A stretch of 64,000 nucleotides of DNA from an uncultured Planctomycetota bacterium (GCA_963849325.1 CAWKHF010000010.1:480001-544000); one strand, 5' to 3'. Counted from the stretch's first letter, positions 32,566-44,520 are shown. Notes: generated by a model not told the origin, from the letters alone. Made by a program: numbers and translations.

Positions 32566-33885
32566 TCACGCCACGACCGAAGGCTCGCCGAGTTGAACGC
32601 CCAGCGTATCCTCGCACCACACCGCGACGGGGACCAACTCATGCTCGCTCCACGGACGGCCGACGAGTTGAATCGCCAGGGGCAAGCCATCGGGACTGCG
32701 GCCGACGGGGAAGGAAATCGTCGGGAAGCCGGTGTAGCTCCACGGCGAATTGAAGGCCGGATCGCCGGTACTGCTCGCGTCCGGGGCTGGGCCGGTGGTC
32801 GCCGACGTCAGCAGGATCTCGACGCCCTCGAAACAAGCCTCCATCTCGCGGCGTAACCGTTGTTGATGCTGCTTGCACTGGGCATACTCCGGCGCGGGAC
32901 ACTTCAGCCCCTCTTCCACCAGTGAGCGAATCCACGGATCGTAGTCCTCGGGATGACGGCGCAGACGTTCTTGATGAAACGCCGCCGCCTCGACGGCCAT
33001 GATCGTGCGATGACGCGGCAGCACTTCGGCGAAGGACGCCGGCAAACTCACGTCCTCGACGATCGCTCCGGCCTGGCGCAGCTTGTCCGATACCTCATCC
33101 ATCATCTGGGTGACGACCGGATCGGCCCGGCTCTCGAACAGGCCGCGCAAGCGGCCCAGCACCGGCTGGAGCGGCGGCGTACCCATGTGGGGTGTGTGCG
33201 TGATGGGCCAGCCGGCGCCGGCGATGCTCAGGAGCAGGATTTCCAGATCGCGCACACAACGGGCCATCGGGCCGGGGTGGTCCATTGACGGCGCCAGGGG
33301 AACGACGCCGCGGGCACTGACGCGGCCGAAGGTCGGCTTGAATCCGGCGACGCCGCAGTAAGAGGCCGGCCGCGTGATCGAGCCGCCGGTCTGCGAGCCG
33401 AGCGCGCCCAGGCACATGCCGCAGGCCAGGGCGGCGGCCGAGCCGCTGCTGGAGCCGCCCGGCGTGCGCTCCAGGTTCCAGGGATTGCGCGTCGGCGGCG
33501 GATCGAAGCTGGCGTACTGCGTCGTCACCGTCTTGCCCACGAACACCGCCCCCGCCTGCCGTAGTCGGCGAACCACCACGGCGTCCTGCCGGGCGATGCT
33601 GTTTTTCCACAGGCGCGAGCCGGCGGCGGTCGGCCAGTCGAACACGTCAAAGATGTCTTTGATGGCGAGGGGGATGCCGTGCAGCGGGCCGCGCCAATGG
33701 CCGCGCCGAATCTCCGCGGCGCACTCGTCGGCGCGGGTCCGCGCTCCTTCGCGGTCAACCAGCACCCAGGCATGGACGCGATTCTCGCAGCGGTCGATAC
33801 GCTCCAGGCAGGACGTGAGAAGATCGACCGGAGACAGTCGGCCGTGGCGAATGTCCTCGGCGGCGGCGTGGATGGTGGGAAACAT
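32566..33885 (-). CDS. Amidase-signature family enzyme (GatA-like)
   Basis: 'GPLHGIPLAIKD', 'TPGGSSSGS', 'GSQTGGSITRPAS'. Confidence 0.92.
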   Translation of the reverse strand: MFPTIHAAAEDIRHGRLSPVDLLTSCLERIDRCENRVHAWVLVDREGARTRADECAAEIRRGHWRGPLHGIPLAIKDIFDVFDWPTAAGSRLWKNSIARQDAVVVRRLRQAGAVFVGKTVTTQYASFDPPPTRNPWNLERTPGGSSSGSAAALACGMCLGALGSQTGGSITRPASYCGVAGFKPTFGRVSARGVVPLAPSMDHPGPMARCVRDLEILLLSIAGAGWPITHTPHMGTPPLQPVLGRLRGLFESRADPVVTQMMDEVSDKLRQAGAIVEDVSLPASFAEVLPRHRTIMAVEAAAFHQERLRRHPEDYDPWIRSLVEEGLKCPAPEYAQCKQHQQRLRREMEACFEGVEILLTSATTGPAPDASSTGDPAFNSPWSYTGFPTISFPVGRSPDGLPLAIQLVGRPWSEHELVPVAVWCEDTLGVQLGEPSVVA

Positions 33886-34055
33886 GCGAAGGCTCGGCGA
33901 GGCGTCCAGCGGATCGGGACCGTAAAGCGGAACACGATCGATAATCCTACGCCTCGCCGCCGACGACGGCCAGTCGTCCCACTTCCCCCCGCCCACCGTG
34001 CGTACAGTAATCAGCGGACGCAAAGACACGGAACGAATCCCTGGGACAATAGAAG

Positions 34056-35072
34056 ATGACGAAGGTCGCTATTCTCGGCGGCTCCGGCTACACGGCGCTG
34101 GAACTAATCAAGATCCTTCTGCGCCACCCCGGAGCCGAAATCGCGGCGGTGACGTCGCGGCAGAGCGACACGCCGCGCCTGGCCGAGCTGCACCCCAGCC
34201 TGACCGGACGCATCGACCTGCGCTGCGAGCCGTTCCACGCCGACCGTCTGCTGGCGCGCGGCGTGCAGTGCGTGTTCAGCTGCCTGCCGCACGGCGCCAG
34301 CATGGCGGCGCTGCCGGCGCTGTTGCAGCGCGGCCTGCGCGTCATCGACCTCAGCGCCGACTATCGCCTGCACGATCCCAACGTCTACGCCCAGTGGTAC
34401 GGCGAAAGCCACGCGGATCTGGCCCACCTGGCTCAGGCCGTCTACGGTCTGCCGGAGGTCTACGGCGACGCCATCGCCACCGCCCAGCTCGTCGCCAATC
34501 CCGGCTGCTATCCGCAGACCGGCATTCTCGGCCTGGCCCCGCTGGCCGCCGGGCAATTACGTCGAGCCGCGCCACATCATCATCGACAGCAAGAGCGGCG
34601 TCTCGGGGGCCGGCCGCACGCCGAAGTTGAGCACTCACTTTCCCGAGTGCAACGAGAGCGTGTCCGCCTACCAGGTGGGCAAGCATCGCCATACGCCGGA
34701 GATCGAACAGGTGCTGACCGACGTGGCCGGCGAGCCGATCGAGGTGCTCTTCACGCCGCACCTGGTCCCGATGGACCGCGGCATCTTCTCGACGATCTAC
34801 GCCGTGCCGCGCCGGCCGTTGTCCGAGGCGGAATTGCTGGAGATGTATCGAGCGTATTACGCCCGTTCGCCGTTCGTGCGCGTGGTCGAGCACCTGCCGG
34901 CGACCAAGGACTGCGCCGGCACCAATTTCTTCGACGTGACGCGTGCGCGTGGTCCGCGGAGCGTATCGTCGTGCTGGCCTGCCTGGACAACTTGGTGCGC
35001 GGCGCCAGCGGCGTGGCGGTGCAGAACTTCAATCGCATGTACGGCCACGACGAGCGCGCAGCGTTGCGGTGA
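34056..35072 (+). CDS. argC: N-acetyl-gamma-glutamyl-phosphate reductase; frameshifts near 34552 and 34940-34960
   Basis: '[10 protein letters not shown]', 'IDLSADYRL', 'ANPGCYP', '[10 protein letters not shown]', '[12 protein letters not shown]', '[16 protein letters not shown]'. Confidence 0.95.
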   Translation: MTKVAILGGSGYTALELIKILLRHPGAEIAAVTSRQSDTPRLAELHPSLTGRIDLRCEPFHADRLLARGVQCVFSCLPHGASMAALPALLQRGLRVIDLSADYRLHDPNVYAQWYGESHADLAHLAQAVYGLPEVYGDAIATAQLVANPGCYPQTGILGLAPLAAGQLRRAAPHHHRQQERRLGGRPHAEVEHSLSRVQRERVRLPGGQASPYAGDRTGADRRGRRADRGALHAAPGPDGPRHLLDDLRRAAPAVVRGGIAGDVSSVLRPFAVRARGRAPAGDQGLRRHQFLRRDACAWSAERIVVLACLDNLVRGASGVAVQNFNRMYGHDERAALR

Positions 35073-35222
35073 GGTATTGGGCCGCTTGCGGCTTAGCGCC
35101 GCGCGAACGAGCGGCAAAAGCGCTCTTGACACCCGCCGGGCGCTTGCTATGGTCTGGCCTCTCCCAAATCGGTTTCGCCTGTCGGAACGATATTCCTCAC
35201 AAGAGGAGGAAGGGGTAAGATC

Positions 35223-35548
35223 ATGCGCACGTTCATGGGGTTGGCGGGCTTGACGCTCGCCCTGGGACTGGCCGGGTCGTGCAGGCCCAGGTCATCACAT
35301 TCGGGCCGGTCGTTGGCCAGATCACCAGTTCGGTGGTCGATTACCGCAACGCCAACGCGCCCATCGCCGCCTCGGTGCCGCGCAACAGCGGCTTCTCGCT
35401 GACCAACCTGTTCCACACCACCACGAGCCTCAGCAACACCATCCCGACCGGCAAGAGCACGTTCCCGACGCCGGCGCAGATGCAGGCGTCCGCGCCGAGC
35501 TATTTCAAGCCCTTCCAGCTGTATCGAGGCCAGCGCATTACGCCGTGA
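35223..35548 (+). CDS. Small secreted hypothetical protein; frameshift near 35279
   Basis: Strong RBS; signal-peptide-like '[18 protein letters not shown]' continuing into the 35279-35548 frame. Confidence 0.55.
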
Positions 35549-35571
35549 TAGCCGGCACGTGGCCGAACGCT

Positions 35572-35629
35572 TCCGAGCCTGAAGCGTTTGCGAAGCAACG
35601 GCACTCTTCGCTAACGCTTCAGGCTCGGA
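35572..35629. repeat. REP-like palindrome between convergent genes
   Basis: TCCGAGCCTGAAGCGTTTGCGAAG-10nt-CTTCGCTAACGCTTCAGGCTCGGA. Confidence 0.8.
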
Positions 35630-35647
35630 CCCATACAGTTTGTCCGC

Positions 35648-36547
35648 TCATTCTTCCTCTTTTGCCGGCGTCTGCGCGGTCATCAGCCAGGCCGTCGGAG
35701 CCAGGACCAGACCCATACCCGCCAGTGCCAGCGCCGTAAACTGACGGTGCCATAACCAGACGTCGAGAAGCATGGCGAAAACCACCTGCGTCAAATTGAC
35801 GACGGCAACCTTGGCGGGCGGCCCGGCCGTGAACGCCATGGTCAAGAATAACTGGCCGACCGTGGCCGTGGCGCCGACGGCCAACAGCAGCCAGATCGCT
35901 CCGTCCCGCGGCGGGTTCGGCGGCGCCGGGACGTGCCCGTCCAGGAAGAACGACGCCACGGAAAACAACAACGCCACGCCGGAGAAGTGGGCGACGATGG
36001 CCCAGGGATGCAGGTGCGACAGCCGGTGCAGGCCGAGCATGGCGACGGCGGTTGAGAAGGCGGCGACCAGGGTGCTGACCACGGGGGCGGCTCGCTGCCA
36101 GGCGTCCCTGTCGGGTTCCTCGCTTCGGCCGGACAGTTCCATCAGCGCCACGCCCAGCACGCTGGCGGCGACCGATAACCAGACTTGCCGGCTGGGCCGT
36201 TCCTTGTACAGCGGCCACGACAGCAGCGCCACCCAGATGGGGAAGGTGCTGGCGAGCGTGAAGACGTGCGAGGGCGGCAGGCGCGTCAGAGCGTAAAAGG
36301 TGCATACCAAGCTGATGCTGCCGGCGATGCTGCGCACCCACAGAATACGCGGCGCGAACAGCACCAACCGCGCTCCGCCGAGCACACCCAGCAGGGCGGC
36401 CAACAGCAGCGGCAGCGAACTGCGGGCCAGGGCGATGACGCGCCAGTCGCAGGTCGAGCGCAGGGCGTGAGCAGCCGTGGCCATCCAGGCAAAACAGAAG
36501 CTACCCAAAAGCATCCACAGGTAAGGCTGCAACGATTCTTTGTACAC
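35648..36547 (-). CDS. DMT/EamA family transporter
   Basis: About 10 TM helices in two repeats; 'GQLFLTMAF', 'WPLYKERP'. Confidence 0.88.
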   Translation of the reverse strand: MYKESLQPYLWMLLGSFCFAWMATAAHALRSTCDWRVIALARSSLPLLLAALLGVLGGARLVLFAPRILWVRSIAGSISLVCTFYALTRLPPSHVFTLASTFPIWVALLSWPLYKERPSRQVWLSVAASVLGVALMELSGRSEEPDRDAWQRAAPVVSTLVAAFSTAVAMLGLHRLSHLHPWAIVAHFSGVALLFSVASFFLDGHVPAPPNPPRDGAIWLLLAVGATATVGQLFLTMAFTAGPPAKVAVVNLTQVVFAMLLDVWLWHRQFTALALAGMGLVLAPTAWLMTAQTPAKEEE

Positions 36548-36643
36548 GAGAGGTCGGAGGTGGTGCTCCCCGGAAGGGACTTGGGAGGGTGGTGGGCGAC
36601 ACAGGTTTTCTATGAACGATCAGGAGGTCGGCCACTCGGCCCC

Positions 36644-37835
36644 TCAGATGGGGGCGAACCAGACGCGGAGCAGCACCGCCAACGGCAGCAGGCACGGAGC
36701 CGACAGAACGACGAGCGGCCAGCGCCAACGCGCCTGCACGCACCCTAGCCAAACACCCAAGGGCAGCCAGGCGAACACGCGCGTATAACTCCAGTTGTCG
36801 CCGTAAAGGGCCACACCGCCCAGCAGCGCCAGTCCCGCTCCGGCCAGGGCGACCAGCTGAATCAGTCGATCCCCCGATGTCCGCAACAACGCCAGCGCCA
36901 GGCCGAGTTGTAAGGTGAGGGTCAACATGCAGACGACATGAAAGATCGTGAATCCCCGTGAATCGGCGCTCAGGTGCGTCCAGCGATAGAAGAAACCGGA
37001 CAGCGGCACCGCCAGGTTGCCCCCCGTGGGCAGCAGCGACCATTCGCCGTAGAAGGCGCGGAGGACGCCTAACCAGCCCAGCCACAGCAACAGGGCGGCG
37101 AGCAAGCCCGCAAGGAGAAATCGTTGCGATGGGTCCGTAGGGTGGGTCGAGGGACGAGACCCACCGGGGTCATGCGGTGGGTCTCGTCCCTCGACCCACC
37201 CTACGCCGCGCTCGCCGGAGGCTGAAAGCCAGGACGAGCAGGACCACCACGACGTTCTGTTCGCGGCTGAACAGCGCTCCGGCGGCGCACGCGACCAGCG
37301 CCCACCACGGCCAGCGCAGCAGCCAGGCAACGAGCAGAGCACAGACGGCCAGGGTAGAGAGCACGTCGGTCAGGTTGCGCAGAGCGGGCATGGCGGCGTT
37401 GACGGCGAACGGCAGCAGCACCCCCCACCACGGACTCAGGCCATGCCGCCGAGCCACGACCGCCCCGAGGGCGGCCAGCGCGGCGATGGCCAGCAGATTG
37501 ACCAGGGGCATGACCCAGAGCAGCAGGCGAGCGTCGCCGGCGCTGAGCAGCCAGCTCAGGGCCGGGTACAGGATGCGCGCCTGCCGCACCGCCGGGGCAT
37601 CGACGCCGAGGTTGTGGCGGCGCCAGGGAGCGCGAGCGATGGCGTAATAGAATTGGCCGTCGTAGCCGTTGCGGTCGAAGCCGGTGCGGATGTATTCAAA
37701 GGGCGTCCGGCCCAGGCGCTCGCGGGCCACGCACACCAGCGCCGACAGATCGCCGTGGAACGCCGCCACGTAGGCGGCAATTACGCCGGCGTGAAACGCC
37801 GCGGCCACGACAATGGGACCAACGAGGCGGCGCAT
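36644..37835 (-). CDS. Polytopic membrane protein (GT-C-like), with internal palindrome and frameshift near 37210
   Basis: 'GYDGQFYYAIARAP', 'RQARILYPAL'; continues in the 36644-37342 frame. Confidence 0.65.
37137..37204. repeat. GTAG-type REP palindrome inside a CDS
   Basis: GTAGGGTGGGTCGAGGGACGAGACCCACCG-8nt-CGGTGGGTCTCGTCCCTCGACCCACCCTAC, perfect 30-bp arms. Confidence 0.9.
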
Positions 37836-37852
37836 GAACCCTCTCCCTGCTT

Positions 37853-39009
37853 TCAGGCGGCCCGGCGCACTTGCTGGCGCAGGAAGCCGGCGCAGCTCTG
37901 GACGACGCGGCGCTGCTGCTCGACCGTCAGCTCGGGATAGATCGGCAGCGCCAGCACCTGACCGGCCGCCTCCTCGCTGGCCGGGAAGTCGCCCGTGCGG
38001 TAGCCGAGGTAACGCAGGCACTCCTGCTGGTGCAGGGCCATCGGGTAGTAGATCTCGCAGCCGATGTGCTCGGCCTTGAGGTGGCGAACCAGGGCGTCGC
38101 GCTGGCCGCCGGCGACGCGGACGACGTACTGGTTGAACGTGTGCCGGCGGTGCGGGCGAACGACGGGACGTTCGAGGAAATGACCCAGGTGCTGCTCCTC
38201 GATGAGGGCGTCGTAGCGAGCGGCGATGGCCTGGCGATCGGCGATCCAGCGCTCCAGGTGCGGCAGCTTGACGCGCAGCATGGCCGCCTGCAGAGCGTCC
38301 AGGCGGCGCGTTCCAGCCGAGATACTTGTGGTAAGTACTTCGGCTCCATGCCGTGCACGCGCAGACACTTCATGCGCTCCGCCCACTCGGGGTCGCTGGT
38401 GACGACCATGCCGGCGTCGCCGTAGGCGCCGAGGTTCTTGGTCGGATAGAAGCTGAGACAGCCCATACTGCCGAGACTGCCGGCGCGCTTGCCCTGGTAC
38501 TCGGAGCCGAGCGCCTGGGCAGCGTCCTCGATGAGGATCAGGTCGTGGCGCTCGGCGATGTGCCAGAGCGGCTCCATGTCGGCGCACTGGCCGAACAGGT
38601 GGACGACGAGGATGGCGCGGGTGCGCGGCGTGATCTTGTTCTCGACCTGGAGCGGGTCGAGGTTGTAGGTGAGCGGGTCGATGTCGCTGAAGACGGGGCG
38701 GGCGCCGGTGCGGCAGACGGAGCCGGCGGTGGCGAAGAAGGTGAAGGCGGGCAGGATGACCTCGTCGCCGGGGCCGAGGTCCAGGGCGTGCAGGGCCAGC
38801 GACAGGGCGTCGGTGCCGGAGCCGCAGCCGACGCCGTGGGCGACGCCGCAATAGCGGGCCAACTCGTTCTCCAGGGCGGCGACCTCGGGTCCGAGGATGA
38901 CCTGTCCGGAGGCGAGGACGCGCCGCAAGGCCGCCTCCAGTTGCGGCTGCAAGTCGCGGTACTGGGCCTGAAGATCACAGAGGGGAACGCCGCCCGAGTT
39001 TGCTGCCAT
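37853..39009 (-). CDS. DegT/DnrJ/EryC1/StrS PLP aminotransferase; frameshift(s) near 38305-38335
   Basis: 'GSGTDAL', 'VHLFGQ', 'IEDAAQA', 'SFYPTKNLGAYGDAG', 'LALPIYPEL'. Confidence 0.93.
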
Positions 39010-39112
39010 GTTCCGGCTCCTTCCGCCAGGGACTCATCCATGAGCGAGCGGCCGCGCCTGCCGCCCTGTCGGCGGGCCACGGTATGTTGACCCCGGCGGA
39101 ATGTCAAGACAG

Positions 39113-39167
39113 GTCAGGGGTCAGTAAAGCGGTGCCCGCTTCTTCTCTGACTCCTGATCCCTGACTT
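39113..39167. repeat. Heptamer-based inverted repeat (GTCAGGGGTCAG ... CTGACTC CTGATCC CTGACTT)
   Basis: Seen directly in the intergenic region between divergent genes. Confidence 0.55.
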
Positions 39168-39255
39168 CGGCTTGACCCTTCCGGAAGCAAATTGAATAAT
39201 TTCACGGCCTGAAACGGGTCGAGCGTACCTGTCGGCAGCGAGAGGGAGTTGTTTC

Positions 39256-40108
39256 ATGCTGAGTTCGTCAAATGGCCATCAGACCGCCGAGATCGCGGAA
39301 ACGCTAATGCGGTGCGTGCCCGCTTCGCCGGCGGAGCGGATCGCTCTGCTGCACCAATTGCTCGGCGAACCCGCCTGCCGCCAACTCGGCATCTATCCCA
39401 TCCCCGAAGGCTTCAAGCTGTCGGTCGTCATCCCCGTCTACAACGAGGAGCGCTGGATCCGCGAGGTGGTGCGGCGCGTGCAGGCGGTGCCCATCCCCAA
39501 GGAAATCGTCATCGTCGAGGATTGCAGCAAGGACGGCACGCGCGACATCCTCAAGGAGCTGGAAGGCGGCGACGTGCCGCGTCTTCTACCAGCCGCACAA
39601 CCAGGGCAAGGGTGCGGCCCTGCGGCGCGGCTTCCAGGAAGCGACCGGCGACGTCATCCTCGTGCAGGACGCCGACCTGGAGTACGACCCGGCCGAGTAT
39701 CCGCGACTGCTCCAGCCGATCCTCGAAAACCGGGCCGACGTGGTGTACGGCTCGCGCTTCATCGGCGAGAGCCATCGCGTCCTGTACTTCTGGCACTCCG
39801 TCGCCAACAAGATGCTGACGCTGCTGTCGAACATGTTCACGAACCTGAACCTGACCGACATGGAGACGTGCTACAAGGTCTTCCGCCGCGAGGTGCTGCA
39901 CGGCATCAAGCTGAGGTCCAACCGCTTCGGCTTCGAGCCGGAGGTCACCGCCAAGATCGCCCGCCGCCGTCCCGGCCAATCCTCCTGGCGCATCTACGAA
40001 GTCCCGATCAGCTATTCCGGCCGCACCTACGAGGAAGGCAAGAAGATCGGCCTGAAGGATGCCTTCAACGCTTTCTACTGCATCCTGTGGTTCCGCTACT
40101 TTGATTGA
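39256..40108 (+). CDS. Glycosyltransferase family 2 (DPM1-like); frameshift near 39575
   Basis: '[10 protein letters not shown]', 'EDCSKDGT', 'QDADLEYDP', 'DMETCYK', '[17 protein letters not shown]'. Confidence 0.93.
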
Positions 40109-40156
40109 TCTCCGCGTGCGTTCCTCGGGGCGAGGACGCACCGCTGCTCGCCGAGG

Positions 40157-41040
40157 TCACTGCCGCAGCACTTTCATCGGCCGCAGAAGCTTGCGCGGCC
40201 GATCGATCGCCGCCACGGCGACAAGGCCGTTGTCCGCGTCAAAGACGGCCGTCTCTTCTCCTGTCGGCACGTCGGCCACGGCGATAGTCTGGCCGTGAAT
40301 CAGACGCTTGCAATCGTTGTCCGGCAGCACGAGCCGCGGCAGTTCGGCGACGGCCAACTCGATCGGCAGCAGGCGTGCCCATGCCATCTCGGCGTCGGAC
40401 TCCAGGGTAAGCACTCCGTCGGCGGTGAACGGGCCGACGCGCGTCCGCCGGAGCGTCTGAACCAGGGCACCGCAGCCCAGACGTTCGCCGAGGTCGCGGG
40501 CCAGGGAGCGGATGTAGGTGCCTTTGCCGCAATGCACTTCCAACTCCAGGTGAGGATAGGCGTAGTCCAGCACATCAATGGCGTGGATGAAAACCGTTCT
40601 CGGCCGCAGCGTCACCTCGTCGCCGCGGCGAGCGAGATCGTAGGCGCGTCGGCCGGCGACCTTGGCCGCTGAGTAGACGGGCGGCACCTGCTCCCGGACG
40701 CCGACGAAGTCCGCCACGCGGGCCGCCACAATGACGGCATCGGGGACCACCGCTTCGTGGACAGGGAGGATCGTGCCGTCCGCGTCGTCCGTGTCGCTGC
40801 GCGCGCCAGCCGCAGCCGTGTGCGATAGGTCTTGCGCATGAGTTGGACGTACTCGGCGAGGCGCGTGGCACGACCCAGGCAAAGGACGAGTACGCCGGTG
40901 GCCAGCGGATCGAGCGTGCCGGTGTGGCCGATCCGCGTGCGGCGTGGGAACCAGCGCAGCACGCGATCAACTGCCATGCGCGAGGTCAGACCGCCCGGCT
41001 TGTCGAGTACGAGAAGACCATCGGGAGCCGAATTGTTCAT
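40157..41040 (-). CDS. truB: tRNA pseudouridine(55) synthase; frameshift near 40805
   Basis: 'LDKPGGLTS', 'GHTGTLDPLATGVL', 'QVPPVYSAAKVAGRRAY', 'CGKGTYIRSLARDLG'. Confidence 0.96.
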
Positions 41041-41325
41041 GCGCAAAACCCCTCGTCCCGGGGCGAACCTGCCTTTTCGATGACCATCCAACCGCCGGGC
41101 GGACCAACCAACCTGACCGACTGCCTGGCTCTCCTCGCGGAGGGCATCGCGTGGCAACGCCGTTCGCCTGTCCGCGGGATCCAGAGAGGACGGTGCGCTG
41201 TCCGCCGGCGAACCGGACGCCGAGCCGCAGCGCCAGCCGTCGGTCGAGCGTGGGGATTCTGTCGGTCCGTCCAGCGAACAGCGGGCTGGCCATTGATACC
41301 AAGGACTTAACCCGTTTCCAGGGAC

Positions 41326-42854
41326 CTGTACTTTCCGTGATTTCCTTATAGTTCGCCATAAGCGATCACTCTCGGGCGTAAAGTCGCTGGCGAGGTAACG
41401 AAGCATGGCTGCGACGAGCAGGTGGACACAAGCCGACCCCTCGAACACGATGAAGGGTAGTCAACAACCTTCGTCCTGCCAAGGAGTCGGCCATGCCATT
41501 GTCGCAACTGCCCGCCCTGCTGTCCGCCTGTTTCCACGATCTCATTGCCGCCCTCGACCGACGCTCCGCACCCCGCTTGCTCTTGCTCTTTCAGAGCGCC
41601 CTCTTCGCCCGCGGACGACGCACCGTCACCTCCTGGTTCCGCGCCGCAGGCATCGACCGCGACTTCCGCCCCGCCTACAACGCGCTCTGGGCTGCCGGCC
41701 GACGCGCCGAAGCCTTGGCCCATCGCCTGCTCTGCATCGCCCTCAAGCCGCTGATGCGTCACGCCCCGGGCCATCACCTGCTGTTCGCCATCGACGACAC
41801 GCCCACCGCCCGTTACGGCCCCCCGGTGCAGGGCGTCGGCATCCATCACAACCCCACGCCCGGTCCGGCCGGCGAGAAGTTCGTCTACGGACACATCGGG
41901 GTCACGCTGGCTTGGCTGGCCCGCCACCCCGCCTGGGACACGCTGGCCTTGCCCCTGCGGGCCCTCCTCTACGTCCGCGCCAAGAATGTTCCCACACTGG
42001 CCAAGCGTTACCCGTGGCCGTTTCGCACCAAGCTGGAACTGGCCGTCGAACTGGCCCGTTGGCTGTGCGTCTGGTTGGCTGGCTTGGGCAAGGAACTGCG
42101 ACTGGTCGTCGATGGCGCCTACGCCAAGCGGCCCTTCCTCAAGCCGGTGCTGGCCTTGGGTGTGGTGGTGTTCAGCCGCCTGCGCAAGGATGCCAACCTG
42201 CGCACCGTGCCGACGGCGAAACGTCGTCGCGGTCAGCGGGGGCCGCTGCCGACCTACGGCAAGGAGCGGATCGACTTGGCCAAGCGTGCCGGGCAGAAGC
42301 GTGGCTGGCGACGGCTGGCGTGTGTGCAATACGGCGAGCACGTGGTCAAGACCGTCAAGACGTTCGAGGCAACGTGGCGTCCGGCCGGCGGCCGTATCCG
42401 TGTGGTGATCGTGCGTGAGGACGAGGGCTGGCTGGCCTACTTCTGCACCGAACCGGCGGTGACGGTAGTGGAGATCCTGGAAGCGATGGCCGATCGAGGC
42501 GCCATCGAGCAGTTGTTCCACGATGTCAAGGAGGTATGGGGAGCGGATCAGCAGCAGGTGCGTAACGTGTATGCCAGCATTGGGGCGTTCACGGTCAACC
42601 TGGTGTTGTACAGTGTGGTCGAGGTGTGGGCGTGGACGCGCACCGAGGACGAACTGGTAAGCCGACCGACGTGGGATGAGGAGGCGCGTCGTCCCTCGCA
42701 CGCGGACAAACGTAAGGCGGTGCAAGGCGAAATCCTCCGGGGGGGAAATCCAGGCGGCTCTGGGTCGGCGGACAAAGCGCGAGGAGTTTCAGGCTCTCGC
42801 CATGCGTCTGCTCAATCTGGCCGCATGAGTGTTAGATTGTCGCGGAAAGTACAA
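41326..42854 (+). mobile_element. IS701-family insertion sequence
   Basis: Terminal IRs CTGTACTTTCCGTGA / TCGCGGAAAGTACAA; AGGGAC repeated at 41320-41325 and 42855-42860. Confidence 0.88.
41493..42828 (+). CDS. IS701-family DDE transposase; extra G in G-run near 42742
   Basis: 'FAIDDTPTARYG', 'VVDGAYAK', 'AIEQLFHDVKEVWG'; corrected end 'RLLNLAA*' inside the right IR. Confidence 0.88.
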
Positions 42855-43161
42855 AGGGACGAGAGGGGACGGGGATCCCTCTTCGTATCCAGTGGTCGGC
42901 CGTGCCCATCCGCTCGTCGCTTTCCTGCTTCTCCACGCCGCTCGCACGGTATTGGCGGACTTGACGGGTGCGGCAGGCGCGATAGGATGACGTTCGGTTT
43001 GGTTGACCGGCTCCGAAACGCGCGGATCACGGAAGTCCCAGTCGGCGTATGTATCAGACACCCCGTCCCCTCTTATCATTCTAGAGACGCGGCAGTGGGG
43101 GCAAGGGAATCAGAAGGCAACAAAAGAGTTGATCGAAGCCAGGCAAGGACAGGTAATATGA

Positions 43162-43235
<74 letters not shown>

Positions 43236-43244
43236 TTAAACCGA

Positions 43245-43283
43245 AGTAGCCGCAAGCTAAAGACTTGCGGCTACTGTCGTTTT
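43245..43283 (+). terminator. Hairpin after tRNA (terminator and/or att-associated)
   Basis: AGTAGCCGCAAG-7nt-CTTGCGGCTACT followed by GTCGTTTT. Confidence 0.7.
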
Positions 43284-43630
43284 AAGACACATAAAGGAGG
43301 AAAACCGATTTGGTAGCAAATTGGTAGCAGCTCGCGGGTGACATTGGTTTGGTGTTGAAGGATGAGGTGGTCAAGCATCCGAAATCCTCGGGCGGCGTCT
43401 GGGCGGCGAACCTTCAAAAAGCCATCCTTGGGCTTTGACCTGGCTGAGATGTGCCAGAGCCTTCGGTAGCCGGGCGTCTGGGAATGAAAAGAAACTGGTC
43501 CCATCTACCGAGCTGCAAGCCCATGCTTGGGCGAGCCGCATACGGCGCTGGTGTTCACCCGGCCCATGTGCGTCCACTTGCCCCGACTCCTGGTCTCCTT
43601 GGTGAGACTCTCGGCGTCCCTGCCCAGCGT

Positions 43631-43831
43631 CTAGCGTTCCCAGCCTTGACCACGGCTCCGCTGCCGGCTGTCCTGCATCATCTCGACGATGGCCTGGGCC
43701 ATAATGACGCCGAGACCGACGGCGGTGATGACGGAGAACACCATGCCCAGTTTGGTGCCCTGGCGCTCGCGGGCGAGCCGCTCGGTGAAGGACGCTACAT
43801 GGAGCGGGTTGGGATTGCTGGGGATGCTCAT
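43631..43831 (-). CDS. Small membrane protein (66 aa)
   Basis: One hydrophobic helix; directly downstream of promoter repeat copy 1. Confidence 0.6.
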   Translation of the reverse strand: MSIPSNPNPLHVASFTERLARERQGTKLGMVFSVITAVGLGVIMAQAIVEMMQDSRQRSRGQGWER

Positions 43832-43834
43832 GGG

Positions 43835-44073
43835 CGACTCGATTGCTTGGTGATATGCTACTCATAGCGTAGCTTATTTCGCTCTCCTTGGCAAGCGCCA
43901 TGAATTGGCCCCGGCCTGCTCCCTTTGCTCCGCATGGTCTGCCTTCATTGCCGGCGTTAGGGCGAGCGGGGCCGAATGGCCTCTGGCCCGCTTGCCTCTC
44001 ACGCCGTCGCCGTCGGTCGCCGTTTTTCGGGGTGGGTTCATAGAGTGGGTGCCCACCCCGAAAAATGGCGGCC
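43835..44073 (-). promoter_or_regulatory. Conserved upstream repeat copy 1 (promoter + long hairpin)
   Basis: Minus strand TTGCCA-17nt-TACGCT; homologous to 50361-50576; hairpin 44015-44073. Confidence 0.7.
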
Positions 44074-44520
44074 AGAGGCGAGGGCGGGCCTTTCTTGTTC
44101 TTGTCCTGGGTTCTGGCCCCCTCACGCTTAAGCCAGAGGGAGCCGGTGAGGGGTCGGGTGGCCTTTTGATTCCGACCTTGTCTCATTCGGGGTGCGATAC
44201 CTTGCTTGGCTTTCCGCTGGAGAGCGCACCGAACATGGCGACGACAGCCAGAAGCCGGGAGAGGCTTATTTGGCAGCGTGATCGGCATTGGGAGGGGATC
44301 GGAACCGTTCTGGACAACGGAACAATGTCGGCGGCTGCCGCACCAAAGGCCACGGACGGCCTGACTGCGGCAGCCCACCGCGTCGGCCCCCGCCAGGCCA
44401 AGGAGGGAGTAAAAAGAAGATAGATGGCAGATCGGAAGAGAAGGGCCAGTTCGGACAGAAGAGCCAACAGCGGGGATTCCTTGACTGCTCACCCTTGCCT
44501 CGGTTCGAGTAGAAATCGGT

